Origin: Eledone cirrhosa
Taxonomy: Eukaryota
Assembly: GCA_964016885.1 (NCBI GenBank)
Contig: OZ024741.1
Coordinates: forward strand, 12,276,001-12,340,000
Direction of reading: 5' to 3'
Length of the DNA: 64,000 bases
Both the position numbers and the translations under genes were made by a program. The notes beneath the pieces are model-generated. The model saw nothing but the letters and a program-made list of their open reading frames with translations, had not been told where the DNA came from and did no database searches. Below, piece by piece: positions 22,483-35,900 of the stretch; within the stretch, counting starts at the first letter, position 1, and every line of letters starts with the position of its first letter.

Positions 22483-25114
22483 GTAGATCTCCTACTTCTT
22501 CGAATTGAAGATCACAGCTCTGATATTACGGGTATGTGGTTAGAATGTCTCAGGAGATCAGAGAGTCATTCCAGGTAGAGCTGCTACTTCTCCAAATTGA
22601 GATATTACAGCTCTGATATTAGGGGTATGTGGTTAGAATGTCTCAGGAGATCAGAGAGTCACTCCAGGTAGAACTGCTACTTCCCCAAATTGAGAGATCA
22701 CAGCTCTGATATTAACGGTATGTGGTTAGAATGTCTCAGGAGATCAGAGAGTCACTCCAGGTAGAGCTCCTACTACTCCGAATTGAGAGATCACAGCTCT
22801 GATATTAAGGGTATGTGGTTAGATTGTCTCAGGAGATCAGAGAGTCACTCCAGGTAGAGCTGCTACTTCTCCGAATTGAGAGATCACAGCTCTGATATTA
22901 AGGGTATGTGGTTAGAATGTCTCAGGAGATCAGAGAGTCACTCCAGGTAGAGATGCTACTTTTCCGAATTGAGAAATCACAGCTCTGATATTAAGGGTAT
23001 GAGGTTAGAATGTCTCAGGAGATCAGAGAGTCACTCCAGGTAGAGCTGCTACTTCTCCGAATTGAGAGATCACAGCTCTGATATTAAGGGTATGAGGTTA
23101 GAATGTCTCAGGAGATCAGAGAGTCACTCCAGGTAGAGCTGCTACTTCTCCGAATTGAGAGATCACAGCTCTGATATCAAGGGTATGAGGTCAGAATGTC
23201 TCAGGAGATCAGAGAGTCGCTCCAAGTAGAGCTGCTACTTCTCCGAATTGAGAGATCACAGGTCTGATATTAAGGGTACGTGGTTAGAATATCTCAGGAG
23301 ATCAGAGAGTCATTCCAGGTAGATCTGCTACTTCTCCGAATTGAAAGATCACAGCTCTGATATTATGGGTATGTGGTTAGAATGTCTCAGGAGATCAGAG
23401 AGTCATTCCAGGTAGAGCTGCTACTTCTCCAAATTGACAGATTACAGCTCTGATATTAATGGTAAATGGTTAGAATGTCTCAGGAGATCAGAGAGTCACT
23501 CCAGGTAGAACTGCTACTTCTCCAAATTGAGAGATCACAGCTCTGATATTAAGGGTATGTGGTTAGAATGTCTCAGGAGATCAGAGAGTCACTCCAGGTA
23601 GAGCGGCTACTACTCCGAATTGAGAGATTACAGCTCTGATATTAAGGGTATGTGGTTAGAATGTCTCAGGAGATCAGAGAGTCACTCCAGGTAGAGCTGC
23701 TACTTCTCCGAATTGAGAGATTACAGCTCTGATATTAAGGGTATGTGGTTTGAATGTCTCAGGAGATCAGAGAATCACAACAGGTAGAGCTGCTACTCCT
23801 CCGATTTGAGATATCATATCTCTGATATTAAGGGTATGTGGTTAGAATGTCTCTGGAGATCAGAGAGTCACTCCAGGTAGAGCTGCTACTTCTCCGACTT
23901 GAGAGATCACAGGCTCTCATATTAAGGGTATGTGGTTAGAATGTCTCAGGAGATCAGAGAGTCACTCCAGATAGAGTGGCTACTACTCCGAATTGAGAGA
24001 TTACAGCTCTGATATTAAGGGTATGTGGTTAGAATGTCTCAGGAGATCAGAGAGTCACTCCAGGTAGAGCTGCTACTTCTCCGAATTGAGAGATCACCGC
24101 TCTGATATTAAGGGTATGTGGTTAGAATGTCTCAGGAGATCAGAGGGTCATTCCAGGTAAAGCTGCTACTTCTCCGAATTGAGAGATCACAGCTCTGATA
24201 TTAAGGGTATGTGGTTAGAATGTCTCAGGAGATCAGAGAGTCACTCCAGGTAGAGCTGCTACTTCTCCGACTTGAGAGATCACAGCTCTGATATTAGGGG
24301 TATGTGGTTAGAATGTCTCAGGAGATCAGAGAATCACTCCAGGTAGAGCTGCTACTTCTCCGAATTGAGAGATCACAGCTCTGATATTAAGGGTATATTG
24401 TTAGAATGTCTCAGGAGATCAGAGAGTCACTCCAGGTAGAGCTGCTACTACACTGAATTGAGAGATCACAGCTCTGATATTAAGGGTATGTGGTTAAAAT
24501 GTCTCAGAAGATCAGAGAATCATTCCAGATAGAGCTGCTACTTCTCCGAATTGAGAGATCACAGCTCTGATATTAAGGGTATGTGGTTAAAATGTCTCAG
24601 GAGATCAGAGAATCATTCCAGATCGAGCTGCTACTTCTCGGAATTGAGAGATCACAACTCTGATATTAAGGGTATGTGGTTAGAATGTCTCAGAAGATCA
24701 GAGAGTCACTCCAGGTAGAGCTCCTACTACTCCGAATTGAGAGATCACAGCTCTGATCTTAAGGGTATGTGGTTAGAATGTCTCAGGAGATCAGAGAGTC
24801 ACTCCAGGTAGAGCTGCTACTTCTCCGAATTGAGAGATCACAGCTCTGATATTAAGGGTATGTGGTTAGAATGTCTCAGGAGATCAGAGAGTCACTCCAG
24901 GTAGAGCTGCTACTTCTCCGAATTGAGAGATCACAGCTCTGATATTAAGGGTATGAGGTTAGAATGTCTCAGGAGATCAGAGAGTCACTCCAGGTAGAGC
25001 TGCTACTTCTCCGAATTGAGAGATCACACCTCTGATATTAATGGTATGAGGTTAGAATGTCTCAGGAGATCAGAGAGTCATTCCAGGTAGAGCTGCTACT
25101 TCTCCTAATTGAGA

Positions 25115-26060
25115 GATCACAGCTCTGATATTAATGGTATGTGGTTAGAATGTCTCAGGAGATCAGAGAGTCATTCCCGGTAGAGCTGCTACTTCTCCGA
25201 ATTGAGAGATCACAGCTCTGATATTAAGGGTACGTGGTTAGAATATCTCAGGAGATCAGAGAGTCACTCCAGGTAGATCTGCTACTTCTCCGAATTGAAA
25301 GATCACAGCTCTGATATTATGGGTATGTGGTTAGAATGTCTCAGGAGATCAGAGAGTCACTCCAGGTAGAGCTGCTACTTCTCCGAATTGAGAGATCACA
25401 GCTCTGATATTAAGGGTATGAGGTTAGAATGTCTCAGGAGATCAGAGAGTCACTCCAGGTAGAGCTGCTACTTCTCCGAATTGAGAGATCACAGCTCTGA
25501 TATTAAGGGTATGAGGTCAGAATGTCTCAGCAGATCAGAGAGTCACTCCAGTTAGAGCTGCTACTTCTCCGAATTGAGAGATCACAGCTCTGATATTAAT
25601 GGTATGTGGTTAGAATGTCTCAGGAGATCAGAGAGTCATTCCCGGTAGAGCTGCTACTTCTCCGAATTGAGAGATCACAGCTCTGATATTAAGGGTACGT
25701 GGTTAGAATATCTCAGGAGATCAGAGAGTCACTCCAGGTAGATCTGCTACTTCTCCGAATTGAAAGATCACAGCTCTGATATTATGGGTATGTGGTTAGA
25801 ATGTCTCAGGAGATCAGAGAGTCACTCCAGGTAGAGCTGCTACTTCTCCGAATTGAGAGATCACAGCTCTGATATTAAGGGTATGAGGTTAGAATGTCTC
25901 AGGAGATCAGAGAGTCACTCCAGGTAGAGCTGCTACTTCTCCGAATTGAGAGATCACAGCTCTGATATTAAGGGTATGAGGTCAGAATGTCTCAGCAGAT
26001 CAGAGAGTCACTCCAGTTAGAGCTGCTACTTCTCCGAATTGAGAGATCACAGCTCTGATA
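25115..26060. repeat. Tandem duplication of a 5-monomer block (465 bp)
   Basis: cccggtag at 25176 and 25641; the cagcagatc variant base at 25531 and 25996. Confidence 0.88.
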
Positions 26061-26982
26061 TTAAGGGTATGAGGTTAGAATGTCTCAGGAGATCAGAGAG
26101 TCGCTCCAAGTAGAGCTGCTACTTCTCCGAATTGAGAGATCACAGGTCTGATATTAAGGGTACGTGGTTAGAATATCTCAGGAGATCAGAGAGTCATTCC
26201 AGGTAGATCTGCTACTTCTCCGAATTGAAAGATCACAGCTCTGATATTATGGGTATGTGGTTAGAATGTCTCAGGAGATCAGAGAGTCATTCCAGGTAGA
26301 GCTGCTACTTCTCCAAATTGACAGATTACAGCTCTGATATTAATGGTAAATGGTTAGAATGTCTCAGGAGATCAGAGAGTCACTCCAGGTAGAACTGCTA
26401 CTTCTCCAAATTGAGAGATCACAGCTCTGATATTAAGGGTATGTGGTTAGAATGTCTCAGGAGATCAGAGAGTCACTCCCGGTAGAGCTGCTACTTCTCC
26501 GAATTGAGAGATCGCAGCTCTGATATTAAGGGTACGTGGTTAGAATGTCTCAGGAGATCAGAGAGTCACTCCAGGTAGAGCGGCTACTACTCCGAATTGA
26601 GAGATTACAGCTCTGATATTAAGGGTATGTGGTTAGAATGTCTCAGGAGATCAGAGAGTCACTCCAGATAGAGCTGCTACTTCTCCGAATTGAGAGATTA
26701 CAGCTCTGATATTAAGGGTATGTGGTTTGAATGTCTCAGGAGATCAGAGAATCACAACAGGTAGAGTTGCTACTCCTCCGACTTGAGAGATCACAGGCAC
26801 TCATATTAAGGGTATGTGGTTATGTCTCAGGAGATCAGAGAGTCACTCCAGATAGAGTGGCTACTACTCCGAATTGAGAGATTACAGCTCTGATATTAAG
26901 GGTATGTGGTTAGAATGTCTCAGGAGATCAGAGAGTCATTCCAGGTAGAGCTGCTATTTTTCCGAATTGAGAGATCACAGCT

Positions 26983-29900
26983 CTGATATTAAGGGTATGT
27001 GGTTAAAATGTCTCAGGAGATCAGAGAGTCATTCCAGGTAGAGCTGCTACTTCTACGAATTGAGAGATCACAGTTCTGATAATAAGGGTATGTGGTTAGA
27101 ATGTCTCAGGAGATCAGAGAGTCACTCCAGGTAGAGCTGCTACTTCTCCGAATTGAGAGATCACAGCTCTGATATTAAGGGTATGTGGTTAGAATATCTC
27201 AGGAGATCAGAGAGTCATTCCAGGTAGATCTCCTACTTCTTCGAATTGAAGATCACAGCTCTGATATTACGGGTATGTGGTTAGAATGTCTCAGGAGATC
27301 AGAGAGTCATTCCAGGTAGAGCTGCTACTTCTCCAAATTGAGAGATCACAGCTCTGATATTAACGGTATGTGGTTAGAATGTCTCAGGAGATCAGAGAGT
27401 CACTCCAGGTAGAGCTCCTACTACTCCGAATTGAGAGATCACAGCTCTGATATTAAGGGTATGAGGTTAGAATGTCTCAGGAGATCAGAGAGTCACTCCA
27501 GGTAGAGCTGCTACTTCTCCGAATTGAGAGATCACAGCTCTGATATTAAGGGTATGAGGTTAGAATGTCTCAGGAGATCAGAGAGTCACTCCAGGTAGAG
27601 CTGCTACTTCTCCGAATTGAGAGATCACAGCTCTGATATCAAGGGTATGAGGTCAGAATGTCTCAGCAGATCAGAGAGTCACTCCAGTTAGAGCTGCTAC
27701 TTCTCCGAATTGAGAGATCACAGCTCTGATATTAAGGGTATGAGGTTAGAATGTCTCAGGAGATCAGAGAGTCGCTCCAAGTAGAGCTGCTACTTCTCCG
27801 AATTGAGAGATCACAGGTCTGATATTAAGGGTACGTGGTTAGAATATCTCAGGAGATCAGAGAGTCATTCCAGGTAGATCTGCTACTTCTCCGAATTGAA
27901 AGATCACAGCTCTGATATTATGGGTATGTGGTTAGAATGTCTCAGGAGATCAGAGAGTCATTCCAGGTAGAGCTGCTACTTCTCCAAATTGACAGATTAC
28001 AGCTCTGATATTAATGGTAAATGGTTAGAATGTCTCAGGAGATCAGAGAGTCACTCCAGGTAGAACTGCTACTTCTCCAAATTGAGAGATCACAGGTCTG
28101 ATATTAAGGGTATGTGGTTAGAATGTCTCAGGAGATCAGAGAGTCACTCCAGGTAGAGCGGCTACTACTCCGATTTGAGAGATTACAGCTCTGATATTAA
28201 GGGTATGTGGTTAGAATGTCTCAGGAGATCAGAGAGTCACTCCAGGTAGAGCTGCTACTTCTCCGAATTGAGAGATTACAGCTCTGATATTAAGGGTATG
28301 TGGTTTGAATGTCTCAGGAGATCAGAGAATCACAACAGGTAGAGCTGCTACTCCTCCGATTTGAGATATCACATCTCTGATATTAAGGGTATGTGGTTAG
28401 AATGTCTCTGGAGATCAGAGAGTCACTCCAGGTAGAGCTGCTACTTCTCCGACTTGAGAGATCACAGGCTCTCATATTAAGGGTATGTGGTTAGAATGTC
28501 TCAGGAGATCAGAGAGTCACTCCAGATAGAGTGGCTACTACTCCGAATTGAGAGATTACAGCTCTGATATTAAGGGTATGCGGTTAGAATGTCTCAGGAG
28601 ATTAGAGTGTCACTCCAGGTAGAGCTGCTACTTCTCCGAATTGAGAGATCACCGCTCTGATATTAAGGGTATGTGGTTAGAATGTCTCAGGAGATCAGAG
28701 AGTCATTCCAGGTAAAGCTGCTACTTCTCCGAATTGAGAGATCACAGCTCTGATATTAAGGGTATGTGGTTAGAATGTCTCAGGAGATCAGAGAGTCACT
28801 CCAGGTAGAGCTGCTACTTCTCCGACTTGAGAGATCACAGCTCTGATATTAGGGGTATGTGGTTAGAATGTCTCAGGAGATCAGAGAATCACTCCAGGTA
28901 GAGCTGCTACTTCTCCGAATTGAGAGATCACAGCTCTGATATTAAGGGTATATTGTTAGAATGTCTCAGGAGATCAGAGAGTCACTTCAGGTAGAGCTGC
29001 TACTACACTGAATTGAGAGATCACAGCTCTGATATTAAGGGTATGTGGTTAAAATGTCTCAGAAGATCAGAGAATCATTCCAGATAGAGCTGCTACTTCT
29101 CCGAATTGAGAGATCACAGCTCTGATATTAAGGGTATGTGGTTAAAATGTCTCAGGAGATCAGAGAATCATTCCAGATCGAGCTGCTACTTCTCGGAATT
29201 GAGAGATCACAGCTCTGATATTAAGGGTATGTGGTTAGAATGTCTCAGAAGATCAGAGAGTCACTCCAGGTAGAGCTCCTACTACTCCGAATTGAGAGAT
29301 CACAGCTCTGATCTTAAGGGTATGTGGTTAGAATGTCTCAGGAGATCAGAGAGTCACTCCAGGTAGAGCTGCTACTTCTCCGAATTGAGAGATCACAGCT
29401 CTGATATTAAGGGTATGTGGTTAGAATGTCTCAGGAGATCAGAGAGTCACTCCAGGTAGAGCTGCTACTTCTCCGAATTGAGAGATCACAGCTCTGATAT
29501 TAAGGGTATGAGGTTAGAATGTTTCAGGAGATCAGAGAGTCACTCCAGGTAGAGCTGCTACTTCTCCGAATTGAGAGATCACAGCTCTGATATTAATGGT
29601 ATGAGGTTAGAATGTCTCAGGAGATCAGAGAGTCATTCCAGGTAGAGCTGCTACTTCTCCTAATTGAGAGATCACAGCTCTGATATTAATGGTATGTGGT
29701 TAGAATGTCTCAGGAGATCAGAGAGTCATTCCCGGTAGAGCTGCTACTTCTCCGAATTGAGAGATCACAGCTCTGATATTAAGGGTACGTGGTTAGAATA
29801 TCTCAGGAGATCAGAGAGTCATTCCAGGTAGATCTGCTACTTCTCCGAATTGAAAGATCCCAGCTCTGATATTATGGGTATGTGGTTAGAATGTCTCAGG

Positions 29901-32900
29901 AGATCAGAGAGTCATTCCAGGTAGAGCTGCTACTTCTACGAATTGAGAGATCACAGTTCTGATATTAAGGGTATGTGGTTAAAATGTCTCAGGAGATCAG
30001 AGAGTCATTCCAGGTAGAGCTGCTACTTCTACGAATTGAGAGATCACAGTTCTGATAATAAGGGTATGTGGTTAGAATGTCTCAGGAGATCAGAGAGTCA
30101 CTCCAGGTAGAGCTGCTACTTCTCCGAATTGAGAGATCACAGCTCTGATATTAAGGGTATGTGGTTAGAATATCTCAGGAGATCAGAGAGTCATTCCAGG
30201 TAGATCTCCTACTTCTTCGAATTGAAGATCACAGCTCTGATATTACGGGTATGTGGTTAGAATGTCTCAGGAGATCAGAGAGTCATTCCAGGTAGAGCTG
30301 CTACTTCTCCAAATTGAGATATTACAGCTCTGATATTAGGGGTATGTGGTTAGAATGTCTCAGGAGATCAGAGAGTCACTCCAGGTAGAACTGCTACTTC
30401 CCCAAATTGAGAGATCACAGCTCTGATATTAACGGTATGTGGTTAGAATGTCTCAGGAGATCAGAGAGTCACTCCAGGTAGAGCTCCTACTACTCCGAAT
30501 TGAGAGATCACAGCTCTGATATTAAGGGTATGAGGTTAGAATGTCTCAGGAGATCAGAGAGTCACTCCAGGTAGAGCTGCTACTTCTCCGAATTGAGAGA
30601 TCACAGCTCTGATATTAAGGGTATGAGGTTAGAATGTCTCAGGAGATCAGAGAGTCACTCCAGGTAGAGCTGCTACTTCTCCGAATTGAGAGATCACAGC
30701 TCTGATATCAAGGGTATGAGGTCAGAATGTCTCAGCAGATCAGAGAGTCACTCCAGTTAGAGCTGCTACTTCTCCGAATTGAGAGATCACAGCTCTGATA
30801 TTAAGGGTATGAGGTTAGAATGTCTCAGGAGATCAGAGAGTCGCTCCAAGTAGAGCTGCTACTTCTCCGAATTGAGAGATCACAGGTCTGATATTAAGGG
30901 TACGTGGTTAGAATATCTCAGGAGATCAGAGAGTCATTCCAGGTAGATCTGCTACTTCTCCGAATTGAAAGATCACAGCTCTGATATTATGGGTATGTGG
31001 TTAGAATGTCTCAGGAGATCAGAGAGTCATTCCAGGTAGAGCTGCTACTTCTCCAAATTGACAGATTACAGCTCTGATATTAATGGTAAATGGTTAGAAT
31101 GTCTCAGGAGATCAGAGAGTCACTCCAGGTAGAACTGCTACTTCTCCAAATTGAGAGATCACAGGTCTGATATTAAGGGTATGTGGTTAGAATGTCTCAG
31201 GAGATCAGAGAGTCACTCCAGGTAGAGCGGCTACTACTCCGAATTGAGAGATTACAGCTCTGATATTAAGGGTATGTGGTTAGAATGTCTCAGGAGATCA
31301 GACAGTCACTCCAGGTAGAGCTGCTACTTCTCCGAATTGAGAGATTACAGCTCTGATATTAAGGGTATGTGGTTTGAATGTCTCAGGAGATCAGAGAATC
31401 ACAACAGGTAGAGCTGCTACTCCTCCGATTTGAGATATCACATCTCTGATATTAAGGGTATGTGGTTAGAATGTCTCTGGAGATCAGAGAGTCACTCCAG
31501 GTAGAGCTGCTACTTCTCCGACTTGAGAGATCACAGGCTCTCATATTAAGGGTATGTGGTTAGAATGTCTCAGGAGATCAGAGAGTCACTCCAGATAGAG
31601 TGGCTACTACTCCGAATTGAGAGATTACAGCTCTGATATTAAGGGTATGCGGTTAGAATGTCTCAGGAGATTAGAGTGTCACTCCAGGTAGAGCTGCTAC
31701 TTCTCCGAATTGAGAGATCACCGCTCTGATATTAAGGGTATGTGGTTAGAATGTCTCAGGAGATCAGAGAGTCATTCCAGGTAAAGCTGCTACTTCTCCG
31801 AATTGAGAGATCACAGCTCTGATATTAAGGGTATGTGGTTAGAATGTCTCAGGAGATCAGAGAGTCACTCCAGGTAGAGCTGCTACTTCTCCGACTTGAG
31901 AGATCACAGCTCTGATATTAGGGGTATGTGGTTAGAATGTCTCAGGAGATCAGAGAATCACTCCAGGTAGAGCTGCTACTTCTCCGAATTGAGAGATCAC
32001 AGCTCTGATATTAAGGGTATATTGTTAGAATGTCTCAGGAGATCAGAGAGTCACTTCAGGTAGAGCTGCTACTACACTGAATTGAGAGATCACAGCTCTG
32101 ATATTAAGGGTATGTGGTTAAAATGTCTCAGAAGATCAGAGAATCATTCCAGATAGAGCTGCTACTTCTCCGAATTGAGAGATCACAGCTCTGATATTAA
32201 GGGTATGTGGTTAAAATGTCTCAGGAGATCAGAGAATCATTCCAGATCGAGCTGCTACTTCTCGGAATTGAGAGATCACAGCTCTGATATTAAGGGTATG
32301 TGGTTAGAATGTCTCAGAAGATCAGAGAGTCACTCCAGGTAGAGCTCCTACTACTCCGAATTGAGAGATCACAGCTCTGATCTTAAGGGTATGTGGTTAG
32401 AATGTCTCAGGAGATCAGAGAGTCACTCCAGGTAGAGCTGCTACTTCTCCGAATTGAGAGATCACAGCTCTGATATTAAGGGTATGTGGTTAGAATGTCT
32501 CAGGAGATCAGAGAGTCACTCCAGGTAGAGCTGCTACTTCTCCGAATTGAGAGATCACAGCTCTGATATTAAGGGTATGAGGTTAGAATGTTTCAGGAGA
32601 TCAGAGAGTCACTCCAGGTAGAGCTGCTACTTCTCCAAATTGAGAGATCACAGCTCTGATATTAATGGTATGAGGTTAGAATGTCTCAGGAGATCAGAGA
32701 GTCATTCCAGGTAGAGCTGCTACTTCTCCTAATTGAGAGATCACAGCTCTGATATTAATGGTATGTGGTTAGAATGTCTCAGGAGATCAGAGAGTCATTC
32801 CCGGTAGAGCTGCTACTTCTCCGAATTGAGAGATCACAGCTCTGATATTAAGGGTACGTGGTTAGAATATCTCAGGAGATCAGAGAGTCATTCCAGGTAG

Positions 32901-32981
32901 ATCTGCTACTTCTCCGAATTGAAAGATCCCAGCTCTGATATTATGGGTATGTGGTTAGAATGTCTCAGGAGATCAGAGAGT
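26983..32981. repeat. Tandem duplication of a 32/33-monomer block (~26983-29912 vs ~29959-32981)
   Basis: Offset 2976 at 27001/29977, then 3069 (27661/30730, 28981/32050, 29821/32890) after one extra monomer near 30310-30420. Confidence 0.9.
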
Positions 32982-35900
32982 TATTCCAGGTAGAGTTGCT
33001 ACTTCTCCAAATTGACAGATTACAGCTCTGATATTAATGGTATGTGGTTAGAATGTCTCAGGAGATCAGAGAGTCACTCCAGGTAGAACTGCTACTTCTC
33101 CAAATTGAGAGATCACAGCTCTGATATTAAGGGTATGTGGTTAGAATGTCTCAGGAGATCAGAGAGTCACTCCAGGTAGAGCTGCTACTTCTCCGACTTG
33201 AGAGATCACAGGCACTCATATTAAGGGTATGTGGTTATGTCTCAGGAGATCAGAGAGTCACTCCAGATAGAGTGGCTACTACTCCGAATTGAGAGATTAC
33301 AGCTCTGATATTAAGGGTATGTGGTTAGAATGTCTCAGGAGATCAGAGAGTCACTCCAGGTAGAGCTGCTACTTCTCCGAATTGAGAGATCACAGGTCTG
33401 ATATTAAGGGTCTGTGGTTAGAATGTCTCAGGAGCTCCGAGATTCACTCCAGGTAGAGCTGCTACTTCTCCGAATTGAGAGATCACCGCTCTGATATTAA
33501 GGGTATGTGGTTAGAATGTCTCAGGAGATCAGAGAGTCACTCCAGGTAGAGCTGCTACTTCTCCGACTTGAGAGATCACAGCTCTGATATTAGGGGTATG
33601 TGGTTAGAATGTCTCAGGAGATCAGAGAATCACTCCAGGTAGAGCTGCTACTTCTCCGAATTGAGAGATCACAGCTCTGATATTAAGGGTATATTGTTAG
33701 AATGTCTCAGGAGATCAGAGAGTCACTCCAGGTAGAGCTGCTACTACACTGAATTGAGAGATCACAGCTCTGATATTAAGGGTATGTGGTTAAAATGTCT
33801 CAGAAGATCAGAGAATCATTCCAGATAGAGCTGCTACTTCTCCGAATTGAGAGATCACAGCTCTGATATTAAGGGTATGTGGTTAAAATGTCTCAGGAGA
33901 TCAGAGAATCATTCCAGATAGAGCTGCTACTTCTCGGAATTGAGAGATCACAGCTCTGATATTAAGGGTATGTGGTTAGAATGTCTCAGAAGATCAGAGA
34001 GTCACTCCAGGTAGAGCTCCTACTACTCCGAATTGAGAGATCACAGCTCTGATCTTAAGGGTATGTGGTTAGAATGTCTCAGGAGATCAGAGAGTCACTC
34101 CAGGTAGAGCTGCTACTTCTCCGAATTGAGAGATCACAGCTCTGATATTAAGGGTATGTGGTTAGAATGTCTCAGGAGATCAGAGAGTCGCTCCAGGTAG
34201 AGCTGCTACTTCTCCGAATTGAGAGATCACAGCTCTGATATTAAGGGTATGAGGTTAGAATGTCTCAGGAGATCAGAGAGTCACTCCAGGTAGAGCTGCT
34301 ACTTCTCCGAATTGAGAGATCACAGCTCTGATATTAAGTTTATGTGGTTAGAATGTCTCAGGAGATCAGAGATTCACTCCAAGTAGAGCTGCTACTTCTC
34401 CGAATTGAGAAATCACAGCTCTGATATTAAGGGTATGCGGTTAGAATGTCTCAGGAGATCAGAGAGTCATTCCAGGTAGAGCTGCTACTTCTCCGAATTG
34501 AGAGACCACAGCTCTGATATTAAGGGTATGTGGTTAGAATGTCTCAGGAGATCAGACAGTCACCCCAGGTAGAGCTGCTACTTCTCTGAATTGAGAGATT
34601 ACAGCTCTGATATTAAGGGTATGTGGTTAGAATGTCTCAGGAGATCAGAGAGTCACTCCAGGTAGAACTGCTACTTCTGCAAATTGAGAGATCACAGTTC
34701 TGATATTAAGTGTATGGGGTTAGAATGTCTCAGGAGGTCAGAGAGTCATTCCAGATAGAGCTGCTACTTCTCCGAATTGAGAGATCACAGCTCTGATATT
34801 AGGGGTATGTGGTTAGAATGTCTCAGGAAATCAGAGAGTCACTCCAGGTAGAGTTGCTATTTCTCTGAATTGAGAGATCACAGCTCTGATATTAAGGGTA
34901 TGTGGTTAGAATGTCTCAGGAGATCAGAGAGTCATTCCAGATAGAGCTGCTGCTTCTCCGAATTGAGAGATCACAGCTCTGATATTAAGGGTATGTGGTT
35001 AGAATGTCTCAGGAGATCAGAGCATCACAACAGGTAGAGCAGCTACTCCTCCGATTTGAGATATCATATCTCTGATATTAAGGGTATGTGGTTAGAATGT
35101 CTCTGGAGATCAGAGAGTAACTCCAGGTAGAGCTGCTACTTCTCCGACTTGAGAGATCACAGCTCTGATATTAAGGGTAGTGGGTTAGAATGTCTCAGGA
35201 GATCAGAGAGTCATTCCAGGTACAGCTGCTACTTCTCAGAATTGAGAGATCACTGCTCTGAGATTAAGGGTATGTGGTTAGAATGTCTCAGGAGATCAGA
35301 GAGTCATTCCAGGTAGAGATGCTACTACTCCGAATTGAGAGATCACAGCTCTGATATTAAGGGTATGTGGTTAGAATGTCTCAGGAGATCAGAGTGTCAC
35401 TCCAGGTAGAGCTGCTACTTTTCCGAATTGAGAGATCACAGCTCTGATATTAAGGGTTAGAATGTCTCCGAAGATCAGAGAGTCATTCAAGGTAAAGTTC
35501 CTACTTCTCCGAATTGAGAGATCACAGTTCTGATATTAAGGGTATCTGGTTAGAATATCTCAGGATATCAGATAGTCATTCCAGGTAGAGCTGCTACTTC
35601 TCCGAATTGAAAGATCACAGCTCTGATATTACGGGTATGTGGTTAGAATGTCTCAGGAGATCAGAGAGTTATTCCAGATAGAGCTGCAACTTCTCCGAAT
35701 TGAGAGATCACAGCTCTGATATTAGGGGTATGTGGTTAGAATGTCTCAGGAAATCAGAGAGTCACTCCAGGTAGAGCTGCTACTTCTCCGAATTGAGAGA
35801 TCACAGCTCTGATATTAAGGGTATGTGGTTAGAATGTCTCACGAGATCAGAGAGTCACTCCAGGTAGAGCTGCTACTTCTCCGAATTGAGAGATCACAGC

